Made by a program: the position numbers and the translations under genes
Notes under the pieces: generated by a model
What the model was told of the DNA's origin: nothing
Database searches by the model: none
What the model saw: the letters and a program-made list of their open reading frames with translations, nothing else
Virus record (IMG/VR): IMGVR_UViG_3300025869_000013
Location: 4,253-68,252 of that record
DNA from: a virus
Length of the DNA stretch: 64,000 nucleotides
Strand: one strand, 5' to 3'
Shown: in pieces, positions 9,156-17,980 of the stretch
Layout of the letters: the number at the start of each line of letters is the position of its first letter
Numbering within the stretch: the stretch's first letter is position 1

Positions 9156-9436
9156 GCGATAGAGAAATAATGAATGCAAAGTCATCTGATAACACTAAGA
9201 CTATACGCTTTCGCGATCCTGTTGTAGAGCGTGTAGTAGATAAGTTTGTAGAAAGATCTGATTTAGGTTTTAAAAAATACGGTAGAACTCTACACGGTGA
9301 AAGAACTGGAGGTCATAAAGACTTAGCTGGTTATCTTAACGATGTGCAAGAAGAGCTTATGGATGCAATATTGTATATCCAAGCTGCTAGAGAAGAGTTG
9401 TCTGATAATGATGACGATTACTGCGCACCAATTTAA
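9152..9436 (+). CDS. small all-alpha NTP-pyrophosphatase-like protein
   Basis: RSDLGFKKYGRTL...YLNDVQEELMDAILY, an EExxD metal-binding pattern. Confidence 0.55.
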   Translation: MSDREIMNAKSSDNTKTIRFRDPVVERVVDKFVERSDLGFKKYGRTLHGERTGGHKDLAGYLNDVQEELMDAILYIQAAREELSDNDDDYCAPI

Positions 9437-9440
9437 AACT

Positions 9441-9917
9441 ATGGGTAGAAAAACAACTCAGAAAACTAAGAGTAGAAAACGAGGTCCAGTAAGGTCTAAG
9501 AAGGTGGTGTATGACGGCATCACCTTCGCCTCTGGCCTTGAGCGATATATGTGGCAGGCTATGAAAAAGTCTAAGATCAAAGCCACATACGAAAGCGAAA
9601 GCTTTATACTACAAGAAGGTTTTATGTGTGACCTGTTGTGTTATGAAAGACAAGGCAACGGTAAAGGTGACATGGTAAACCGAGGACAAAAGAAAATACT
9701 ACCTATAAAATACACTCCTGATTTTTTTGGTGATGGTTTTATAATAGAGACAAAAGGTCGAGCTAACGAGAGTTTTCCTATGAGATGGAAAATGTTTAAA
9801 AAACTCATTAACTCTGAGCGACCACATGTAACTTTATATAAACCTCAAAATCAAAAGGAATGTGACAAGGTAGTTGAATTAATATTAAATAAAAGAAAAT
9901 GCAAAAATGGGAATTAA
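9441..9917 (+). CDS. T7 endonuclease I-like nuclease (Holliday junction resolvase-like)
   Basis: FASGLE, KYTPDF and IIETKG PD-(D/E)XK motifs; ATG at 9441 preferred over 9342. Confidence 0.78.
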   Translation: MGRKTTQKTKSRKRGPVRSKKVVYDGITFASGLERYMWQAMKKSKIKATYESESFILQEGFMCDLLCYERQGNGKGDMVNRGQKKILPIKYTPDFFGDGFIIETKGRANESFPMRWKMFKKLINSERPHVTLYKPQNQKECDKVVELILNKRKCKNGN

Positions 9918-10051
9918 GCTTTGGGTTTTACCCGGGTATATTAATAGGTTTCAGAACCTATGAACAAGAGGATAGGAATAGCCATGTGTTTTACCTACCT
10001 TTTATGGATATGTGTTTAACAATTTTAAAAAATATAAATGAGTCAGATTGA
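9899..10051 (+). CDS. small hypothetical protein (50 aa)
   Basis: MQKWELSFGFYPGILIGFRTY...; bridges the nuclease and RNR genes. Confidence 0.5.
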   Translation: MQKWELSFGFYPGILIGFRTYEQEDRNSHVFYLPFMDMCLTILKNINESD

Positions 10052-11903
10052 TAAGGATATACTCTCGGATATAACAGTGCATATGAAATATGCTAAGTAT
10101 ATACCAGAGCTAAATAGAAGAGAGACGTGGAAAGAATTAGTCACGCGAAACGAGGAGATGCACGTTAAAAAATATCCTCAGTTAAAAGACGAAATAAATA
10201 AAGCGTATGAACTCGTATACAATAAAAAAGTTTTACCGTCAATGCGATCTTTACAGTTCAGCGGTAAACCTATTGAAATATCTCCAAACCGGCTGTATAA
10301 TTGTAGTTATCTACCCATTGATCATATTGACAGCTTTAGTGAGACTATGTTCTTACTGCTTTCAGGCTGCGGGGTGGGTTATTCTGTCCAACAACATCAC
10401 GTTAGAAAACTACCTCACGTCACTAAACCCTTTGATAAAAGATACAGGAGGTTTGTAATAGGTGACTCTATAGAAGGTTGGGCTGATGCGGTTAAGGTTC
10501 TTATGGAGTCTTATCTTGGTGGTAGAAAGAAGTCAGCTGTAAAGTTTGATTACTCAGACATACGACCTAAGGGTGCTAGGCTTGTAACGTCAGGTGGTAA
10601 AGCACCTGGTCCTCAACCTCTTAAAGAATGTTTAATCAAAGTTCAAGGTATATTAGATGACAAGAATGACGGGGATAATCTTACGTCCCTTAACGTACAC
10701 GATATCGTTTGCCACATTGCTGACGCTGTCCTTGCTGGGGGTATCCGGCGCGCTGCCCTTATATCATTATTTAGTGCATACGATGAGGAAATGATCTCGT
10801 GCAAGTCTGGGGACTGGTGGGAGTTAAACCCTCAGCGAGGTAGATCAAATAACTCGGCTGTTCTTATGAGACATAAGATAACTAAAAAGTTTTTTATGGA
10901 CTTGTGGAAACGTGTTGAAGCCTCAGGTGCTGGTGAACCAGGTATATACTTTAACAACGATAAAGATTGGGGAACTAATCCATGTTGTGAGATAGCTCTC
11001 AGGCCATATCAGTTCTGCAACCTATGTGAGGTTAATGTATCAGATATAGAATCACAAAGTGATTACGAGGATAGAGTTAGAGTAGCATCTTTTATAGGTA
11101 CGTTACAAGCTGGATATACTGACTTCCATTACTTAAGAGAGATATGGAAAGAAACAACAGAGCGAGATGCTTTGATAGGTGTATCTATGACAGGTATAGG
11201 TAGTGGAACTGTTTTGAATTATGATATGGCTGTTGGAGCTGAAATCGTTAAAAACGAAAACGCTAGAGTAGCTAAGATTATAGGTGTTAGAAAAGCTGCG
11301 CGTACAACATGCGTTAAACCTGCAGGGACGACATCTCTGGTACTAGGAACATCTTCAGGTATACACGCATGGCATCACAAACAATATATCCGTAGATTGC
11401 GTGTAGGGAAGAACGAGGCTATATATGAGTACTTAAAAGCTAACCATCCTGAGATCGTTGAAGACGATTACTTCAGAGCACACGACACAGCTGTAATAAG
11501 TATACCACAACAGGCTCCAAAAGGTTCTATTCTAAGAACTGAATCTCCTATGGATTTATTAGAAAGAGTTAAAAAGGTTGCTACAGAATGGGTTAGCAAC
11601 GGGCACAGGAAAGGTTCTAACTCTCATAATGTTTCGGCTACAATATCTATCAAAGATGATATGTGGGATGAAGTTGGAGAGTGGATGTGGAAAAACAAAG
11701 ATCACTATAACGGTCTATCTGTTTTGCCTCATAATGGAGGTACATATAAACAAGCTCCGTTTGAGGATATAACAAAGGCTAATTATGATGAGTTGTTGAA
11801 ATCTCTAAACGAGATAGATCTAACTAAAGTTATAGAGCTAGATGATAACACGGATCTTTCTGGTGAGTTAGCTTGCTCAGGTGGATCATGTGAGGTTACG
11901 TAA
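10038..11903 (+). CDS. nrdJ: class II (adenosylcobalamin-dependent) ribonucleotide reductase
   Basis: KVLPSMR, YNCS, SGGKAPGP, GGIRRAA, catalytic TNPCCEI, FCNLCEV, VKPAGT, C-terminal CSGGSCEV; no beta-subunit gene nearby. Confidence 0.92.
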   Translation: MSQIDKDILSDITVHMKYAKYIPELNRRETWKELVTRNEEMHVKKYPQLKDEINKAYELVYNKKVLPSMRSLQFSGKPIEISPNRLYNCSYLPIDHIDSFSETMFLLLSGCGVGYSVQQHHVRKLPHVTKPFDKRYRRFVIGDSIEGWADAVKVLMESYLGGRKKSAVKFDYSDIRPKGARLVTSGGKAPGPQPLKECLIKVQGILDDKNDGDNLTSLNVHDIVCHIADAVLAGGIRRAALISLFSAYDEEMISCKSGDWWELNPQRGRSNNSAVLMRHKITKKFFMDLWKRVEASGAGEPGIYFNNDKDWGTNPCCEIALRPYQFCNLCEVNVSDIESQSDYEDRVRVASFIGTLQAGYTDFHYLREIWKETTERDALIGVSMTGIGSGTVLNYDMAVGAEIVKNENARVAKIIGVRKAARTTCVKPAGTTSLVLGTSSGIHAWHHKQYIRRLRVGKNEAIYEYLKANHPEIVEDDYFRAHDTAVISIPQQAPKGSILRTESPMDLLERVKKVATEWVSNGHRKGSNSHNVSATISIKDDMWDEVGEWMWKNKDHYNGLSVLPHNGGTYKQAPFEDITKANYDELLKSLNEIDLTKVIELDDNTDLSGELACSGGSCEVT

Positions 11904-11920
11904 TCGTAACCACTTAAAAC

Positions 11921-11961
11921 AAAGAAGGGGATAGCCGTCGCGGTTATCCCCTTTTTTTTTA
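11921..11961. terminator. intrinsic terminator between convergent arms, probably bidirectional
   Basis: AAGGGGATAGCCG-TCG-CGGTTATCCCCTT stem-loop with a T-run on the + side and an A-rich flank on the other side. Confidence 0.88.
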
Positions 11962-12429
11962 TATTACTTTGTATTTAGTTTTACCTTTATCTTTGTAGGC
12001 TTTTAAACACCTGTGTCGGTTTTCATCTTCATTCACGTAGCTTATATGAACCCAAGCTGGATTATCATCATCTCCAAACTCCCATATTATCTGATCGTAA
12101 TCAAGGTGATACCTTATGTACTTAAACATTTCAGCGTTTAGATTTGTGAACTTACCACCGTAGGTATCATCTATATCTATAGCAAATCCTTCGCAGTGTT
12201 GAGATTTTTTACTGCCTCCAATAGCCACGTTAAGCTCGGGTGATCTGTAAAAACTGTTTATCTTGATTGGACCTCCAACCCACTTTCTCAGTGGTTCAAA
12301 AACCTTTTTAGCTAAAACCTTCATATTCTCTAGTTGATCTACGTCAGGTATGTTTTCTATGCCTCGTCTAAGAGCTGTATTGCTTCGTGTAGCCTCTCTG
12401 TAGCTTATGTGTTTACTTATATTATCCAT
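11959..12429 (-). CDS. peptidase M15A endolysin
   Basis: INSFYRSPELN..IGGS..SQH..G.AID and WVHISY Zn-ligand motifs. Confidence 0.9.
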   Translation of the reverse strand: MDNISKHISYREATRSNTALRRGIENIPDVDQLENMKVLAKKVFEPLRKWVGGPIKINSFYRSPELNVAIGGSKKSQHCEGFAIDIDDTYGGKFTNLNAEMFKYIRYHLDYDQIIWEFGDDDNPAWVHISYVNEDENRHRCLKAYKDKGKTKYKVI

Positions 12430-12749
12430 TATTTTATGATTATTGAAAGTGGTGTGCTATCACTTAAACTACCGCCATTAGTGGTTACTATTTTTAACCC
12501 TAAAACAGAGTTGTCAAAACTAATACCTTCATTCAGCAAAAGTGTAGTTTTGCTAGGTATATTCGTGACTGCTATGTAAGCGGTATCATTAATTGAGTTA
12601 GGTCTTTCCTCATAAAGGTGTAAGTTTACATCTACACCTGCTGCGCTAGAATTTGTCAACCTTATGGAAGCTATAGATCCGTTTGATCCACCAACCGGTA
12701 TCAACGTAGTTGACTTTTCTGACCCTATATTATATAATCTTCTTTGCAT
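12429..12749 (-). CDS. hypothetical virion-associated beta-rich protein
   Basis: Composition and position in the tail module. Confidence 0.5.
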   Translation of the reverse strand: MQRRLYNIGSEKSTTLIPVGGSNGSIASIRLTNSSAAGVDVNLHLYEERPNSINDTAYIAVTNIPSKTTLLLNEGISFDNSVLGLKIVTTNGGSLSDSTPLSIIIK

Positions 12750-12750
12750 T

Positions 12751-13482
12751 TTAATCTACTGTAATTATTTTACCTATATTTGCTGTTGCTACGGTGTTTA
12801 CTTTACCTATGCTTGCTGCTACCACTGTGTTTACATCATGCCCATATCCAGCTAATCTAATCGATAAGTAGGGGTCTTTTGATGTACCAGTGTTGTCCGT
12901 GTAGAAACCACCACAGTTAAACGTGCCGTTTGAGGTAGGAGCAAGATTTCGAGCATCGTAAAGATAGTCTGTCATAACTATAGTTATAGTGTTCTCGCTT
13001 TCTATATCATCTCTGAGATCACTGGTACCAGTTAACGAATTGTACCCGCTAATACTCCAATTACCGCCACCGGTATTTATCTCCGTATACTGTGTAACGT
13101 TACCAAACATTTGGTTACCCGCTGAGTAACCTACAATACCATCAAAACTCCCTACCGCTAAGCTACCTATAAAGTTGAGTCCTTTTACACCCCAAATACT
13201 ACCATCATTACCACCGTCGCCATGTATCTTCAGCTCGACATCCGCTACTGTACCAGTAATACTAGATACATCGAAGACAAGGAAGGTTCGTTGTACTTTA
13301 TACGTATTAGAACCGCCTCTAGCACCAAAACGAGATACAGATACAAAATCATCAGATGAGGACTCATTAGTAACAACGGAGGTTCCAGAGGTTGCGTCTC
13401 TAGAGTCCGCCCAAGTCGCACCGCTGTTTGCTACGTGACTAGCTATTCTACCATCACCAGTACTAGAATATATATCAGGCAT
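12751..13482 (-). CDS. putative virion structural or tail-appendage protein
   Basis: G/S/T-rich; RTFLVFDVSSI..TV...L resembles carbohydrate-binding or adhesin modules; C-terminal repeat VNTVxxAxIGK. Confidence 0.5.
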   Translation of the reverse strand: MPDIYSSTGDGRIASHVANSGATWADSRDATSGTSVVTNESSSDDFVSVSRFGARGGSNTYKVQRTFLVFDVSSITGTVADVELKIHGDGGNDGSIWGVKGLNFIGSLAVGSFDGIVGYSAGNQMFGNVTQYTEINTGGGNWSISGYNSLTGTSDLRDDIESENTITIVMTDYLYDARNLAPTSNGTFNCGGFYTDNTGTSKDPYLSIRLAGYGHDVNTVVAASIGKVNTVATANIGKIITVD

Positions 13483-14041
13483 TAAACTTCATTTTAGGTA
13501 AGTGGTATATATTGTTAGTGAAATATATATTATCTATAGGTTCAACATCTAAAGCTTGATATGTGGTTCCTTCCATATAAAAGATGTCATCTGTATCCGT
13601 AGAGTTATTCCACCAAGTAACCCTTGCTCCCGGTTTAGCTAAACTAGGCAGTATGTCAGTAAATGCATCTACATTATCATCCGCCCATGTGTCATAGAAT
13701 ATTCCATCATAAGTGGATAGTGAATCTTTTACATCATACCAATCTCCTTCTACTATAGTTACGTTAGGTTTATCCGCAGCCCAAGCTTTAGCTTTCTTTA
13801 TAACTTGAGGATGATTTTCTACTATCGTATGAGAGGTTATAGAATTCGCTTGTATGTACCCAGCGGATATCCCCATACCAAAACCTATCTCTAATATATC
13901 CCCACCTCCTTCGCACACGTAGTCCGCTGAGGCTTTCATTATGGAATCCTCCCAAGTCATCATAACTTGAAACTCAGTGTCTTGCTCTACATAATAAACC
14001 TTATCAGATTCAAATGTCAGTGTTTGATCTATATATTTCAT
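13475..14041 (-). CDS. class I SAM-dependent methyltransferase, Rmt2/guanidinoacetate-methyltransferase-like
   Basis: VMMTWEDSIM, motif I ILEIGFGMGIS, HTIVENHPQV, GDW, YDGIFYDT, matching the Rmt2/GAMT motif series. Confidence 0.82.
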   Translation of the reverse strand: MKYIDQTLTFESDKVYYVEQDTEFQVMMTWEDSIMKASADYVCEGGGDILEIGFGMGISAGYIQANSITSHTIVENHPQVIKKAKAWAADKPNVTIVEGDWYDVKDSLSTYDGIFYDTWADDNVDAFTDILPSLAKPGARVTWWNNSTDTDDIFYMEGTTYQALDVEPIDNIYFTNNIYHLPKMKFNA

Positions 14042-17000
14042 TACGCCGTTATTTCTACGAATGTGCTATCCGGATTGAAGAATATTCTTTGGCCGTTATC
14101 CTGGCAATAACCTATAACCCGGGCTATATGAGTATTACCTGTAGGGGCGATATTATCAGCATCCCCATCCGCTGTTTTTAACCATAAAACATCACCATCA
14201 GCCCCAGTTGTATCCACAGCCAGAGTGACCATACCCCTTATACACATACCTGCAGCTGCAGCTGAAGCGTTAGTACTTCGCGCTACCCCCAGTAATTTAC
14301 TTGAAGAGCTTTCCGCAGTGGCATTAGCTAGAGTCCAAGCACCACCGCTATATTGGTATATTTTTCCAGCTACAACAGACCCGGTTCCAAACTGAATAAT
14401 CTCAGCTCCAGCCCCTGTATGCCCCGCGGTAGTTCCAACTGTTCTAACATGTGCATAATAATTTATACCATAGCAGTTTGCAAGATTTCCACTTGCTGGG
14501 GTTCCTAGGACCGGTGCTGTCAGCACAGCGTTAGAAGCAAAAACCGCTGATCCAGTTCCAGTTTCGTCGGTTAACGCCCCAAGAAGGTCAGCTGATGAAA
14601 ACGCTCCTAATACTGTAGCGTTACCAGTTGATGTTATATGCCCCGTTAAGTTAGCGTTTGTAGCCACCGTGGCTGCTTCACCATTGAAAATAGCTGCGGT
14701 GACAGTTCCAGTAGAAGGATTGTAATGAAAATCACCATCAGATTCTAAGCCTCTTTGCCCAGAGCCAGTAGCGTTTTCAATAAACGTAATTTGATTGTTT
14801 TCATTTGTACTCTCATTATCTGTAATAACCACGTGCGTAGCGAGGTCAGCGGTCAATGCAACATCAGCGGTACCTGTTAAATCACCTGTCACGTCACCTG
14901 TAACATCACCTGTCACGTCACCCGTAACATCACCTGTAAAACCCGAAGCTGTTAAAACTCCAGAGCTAGAATTAAAAGTCAAGTTAGTACCTGACTTAGC
15001 TCCTAAGTTACCCGTAGCAGCGGTCGCAAATAAAGGGAAGCATGTTGTGTCAGTGGACTCGTCCGCCACGGTGATAGCCGTTGCGATATCCGCGGTACCT
15101 GTTAAATCACCTTCAACATTACCCGTAACATCACCTGTAAGATCACCTGTGAACCCCGCTGCGTTCACACTTGTTGATGTTAAAAGCCCAGTGTTAGGGT
15201 TATAATGAAGATTGCCGTCCATTTCAAGACCGTGAGCTCCGGTTGAACTCCCTTCGTCCGCTACAAAAGTTATTAAATTATTTTCAGCTGTACTTTCGTT
15301 GTCTGTAACCGTAACTGTAGTAGCAATAGCAGCAGTACCTGTACATGAACCGGAGCTACCTGATACCGTAGTTTGAACTACATTTTCAATATAATTATCT
15401 GTGTGTATCTCCCCAGCGCCTGATTGAGTCCAATCAATAATTTGATTACCACTCGGGATAGTTGGTTTGTTCTGTATGAAGGCATCTCCACTTCCAGCGT
15501 CCCAATCAGACTGTACGTTTTGTTCTGCGTTAGACGGTGCGTGTGTTGCTTGTGAGTGGGTGTAAGCTGTATCCCAGTTACCAGAGTTGTTGGTGAATAT
15601 ACCACTGTCATATACCAGGTGCCACGCTTGCCAAGACCCATTGTAGTACTTTCTTTCGTAAGTGCCATTAGATGCATAGCCTTGATAGGTCTGATAAATC
15701 ATCAACCCATCCGCGGTTACCGTTAACATGCCCGCTTGACTAATAGGATAATTAGAGCCCGCCGCGGCTTGGGCGTTACTATTCTGGTTATAGATACCCA
15801 TTGTCGTATAGGTATCAAGGTCTACACTATTCCCTATATCGGCTCTGTACCTTTGGTAAAGTGCGCTATCCACGCCATCGAATAGTTCCGAGTCCGCCGC
15901 TGTACCGGAAGCGGATAAATAGTTACCAGCTAAGCCATCTACATAAGCTTTTACAGACTGCTGAGATGGCGCTTGAGTAGCGCTGTTACTAGCCATGTTA
16001 TCCTCGTCTATAAGGGTAGGCTTAAGCGTGTTTGCTGCTACGTCAACCCCTATATTAATACCATCAACTGTACCGTCAACAGTTATATTACCCGGCACGT
16101 CTAAGTTACCAAAAAGATTTAATTTACCATTCTGATCATAAGAGTGTACTGTTCTTTTGTGAGTCCCTGGGTATCCACCCCAAATCTGCATACCATAAAG
16201 GAGTATATCTCGTGCCGAATAATTTGTACCACTTCCACTATAAGCAACCCAAGTAGGTGTAAACTCTATTCTTATTTTCTCATAATGAGTGGTAGACGTT
16301 GTCTCTGTTTCATGCCAAGGTATTTGGCTAAACGGAAGGTAAAGGTGACCAGGCCATGAGCTTACCGTGGTTGTTGAGCTAGTGTGTTGAACCCATGCGC
16401 TATTTGCAACGTTATACTTATATACCTGTACCTGAGTGTTGTGGCTCTGCGACGACCAGTAAGCATACATAGCGTTAGCGTACGTATAACCACGAGCAAC
16501 AAACTCAACTCTAAAAGAGTTGTGCGTGTTATCTATTATAACGGAAGAATTGTTTGTTCTTAAGAACTTACGTTTTTCATCGTCACTATATGTTGTTACT
16601 TCCGCATAATCATTCTCATTTGATCCAGTTGCTCTAGTAAAAAACTTAAGATCAGCTAGATCGTCATAACCGTTAGCAAGCGTTGTCTTTGGGGTAAACT
16701 GACTGTCGAACAAACCCATTTCGGTAACGGTTGGTGAGCCTAGGTTGCTTCTAGGTTCACCAGTTGCTCTTTGTTTAAATTCGTAAGCATTTATCTCGTT
16801 AACGTTGTTTATGTCACCTTCGCTTAAATCTATAGCATCTTCATAATCAGTACCACTCCAAGTAAGTAGTCCAGATATATTAGCACTACCGTTTATGTCT
16901 AGGGATGTCCCCTCTAACTCTGTACCAGTAATTTGACCTGTTGATGTTATAGGACCTGAAAATATAGCTTTATTACTATCGCTAGCATCTATTTGTAAAG

Positions 17001-17979
17001 CTGTACCAGTGCTTGTAATAAGTTTTAAATCATAACTATTACTACCGCCTAAACCTGATACTAAGTCTAAAGAGTATTGAGCTGCAACTCTACCTTCACC
17101 TGAACCAGCACCACCTCTTAAATACAAGGCTTGATCCGTATTAGATGCTCTTCTTATAGTTAACGCACCATTATCATCATCTGAAATTATAACTTTACCA
17201 TCAATAGCGCCATCGCCGTTTATGTCTAGGCTAGTTCCTTCTAGTTCTGTACCTGTAATTTTACCAGTAGATGTTATAGCACCAGAACCTATTGTTCCTA
17301 CAAAAGTTGCGTTACCACTTGTATCTAAAGTTAATTGAGCAGTACCACCTTTTTGTATTATAAAGTTGTTGGCGCCTGATCCTTCAAACGTTCTGTCTAA
17401 AATAAAGTTATGCGCTCCATTGGTATCAGAGTCTTGCACCCCTGTTATCTTTGTACTATTGTCGTCAACATAGATGAGAATGTTTTGGGCTGCATCTCTA
17501 CCAACGGTAAGAGAACCTGATGAATCTCCAGTAAGAATAGTAGCATTACCATTTACGTCTAGTGTGCCGTCAACCACCAGTGTATCATCACTCTGATCCC
17601 AAAGCATTTTTTTACCAGATGTAGCTCCGTAAAATGTTACATCATAACCCGTGTTGTTTACACCTACATTCAGCGCACTTAAAATAGAAGATCCAAGAGC
17701 TAAAGTTGTGTCACTAGAACCTAGTGTCAACGTAACATTACTAGAACCATCTTCAGCTTTTATACTACCTGATTGTTCAAATAAAATATCTACACTATTT
17801 GTACCGTCCCCAATATAAACATCAGCATTTCCATCGCCTATTAATACATCTCCAACAGCGTTGCTTAGAACTAAGTCGTTACCGTCTTGTTCTATTTTAC
17901 CAGCAGCAGCTCCGGCAGTGGTTTTAAACTGCACGTCATTTGCTGCTTCTAAATTTATATTACTTAAAAATTTTGGCAT
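14041..17979 (-). CDS. long tail fibre / receptor-binding protein
   Basis: Gly/Thr-rich, GDVT repeats, pyocin-knob-like segment (DLDTYTTMGIY...NYP...GMLTV...YQTY...W..W); start MPKFLSN at 17979 preferred to 18018. Confidence 0.8.
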   Translation of the reverse strand: MPKFLSNINLEAANDVQFKTTAGAAAGKIEQDGNDLVLSNAVGDVLIGDGNADVYIGDGTNSVDILFEQSGSIKAEDGSSNVTLTLGSSDTTLALGSSILSALNVGVNNTGYDVTFYGATSGKKMLWDQSDDTLVVDGTLDVNGNATILTGDSSGSLTVGRDAAQNILIYVDDNSTKITGVQDSDTNGAHNFILDRTFEGSGANNFIIQKGGTAQLTLDTSGNATFVGTIGSGAITSTGKITGTELEGTSLDINGDGAIDGKVIISDDDNGALTIRRASNTDQALYLRGGAGSGEGRVAAQYSLDLVSGLGGSNSYDLKLITSTGTALQIDASDSNKAIFSGPITSTGQITGTELEGTSLDINGSANISGLLTWSGTDYEDAIDLSEGDINNVNEINAYEFKQRATGEPRSNLGSPTVTEMGLFDSQFTPKTTLANGYDDLADLKFFTRATGSNENDYAEVTTYSDDEKRKFLRTNNSSVIIDNTHNSFRVEFVARGYTYANAMYAYWSSQSHNTQVQVYKYNVANSAWVQHTSSTTTVSSWPGHLYLPFSQIPWHETETTSTTHYEKIRIEFTPTWVAYSGSGTNYSARDILLYGMQIWGGYPGTHKRTVHSYDQNGKLNLFGNLDVPGNITVDGTVDGINIGVDVAANTLKPTLIDEDNMASNSATQAPSQQSVKAYVDGLAGNYLSASGTAADSELFDGVDSALYQRYRADIGNSVDLDTYTTMGIYNQNSNAQAAAGSNYPISQAGMLTVTADGLMIYQTYQGYASNGTYERKYYNGSWQAWHLVYDSGIFTNNSGNWDTAYTHSQATHAPSNAEQNVQSDWDAGSGDAFIQNKPTIPSGNQIIDWTQSGAGEIHTDNYIENVVQTTVSGSSGSCTGTAAIATTVTVTDNESTAENNLITFVADEGSSTGAHGLEMDGNLHYNPNTGLLTSTSVNAAGFTGDLTGDVTGNVEGDLTGTADIATAITVADESTDTTCFPLFATAATGNLGAKSGTNLTFNSSSGVLTASGFTGDVTGDVTGDVTGDVTGDLTGTADVALTADLATHVVITDNESTNENNQITFIENATGSGQRGLESDGDFHYNPSTGTVTAAIFNGEAATVATNANLTGHITSTGNATVLGAFSSADLLGALTDETGTGSAVFASNAVLTAPVLGTPASGNLANCYGINYYAHVRTVGTTAGHTGAGAEIIQFGTGSVVAGKIYQYSGGAWTLANATAESSSSKLLGVARSTNASAAAAGMCIRGMVTLAVDTTGADGDVLWLKTADGDADNIAPTGNTHIARVIGYCQDNGQRIFFNPDSTFVEITA
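14873..14938 (-). repeat. 12-bp tandem repeat encoding (GDVT)n; second cluster at about 15097-15152
   Basis: tcacctgtcacg / tcacctgtaaca units read directly; protein FTGDVTGDVTGDVTGDVTGDLTG. Confidence 0.85.
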
Positions 17980-17980
17980 G

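Noticed and set aside
14873-15152. CRISPR-like array
   Set aside because: The repeats are in-frame 12-bp coding units (GDVT) without unique spacers; no cas genes
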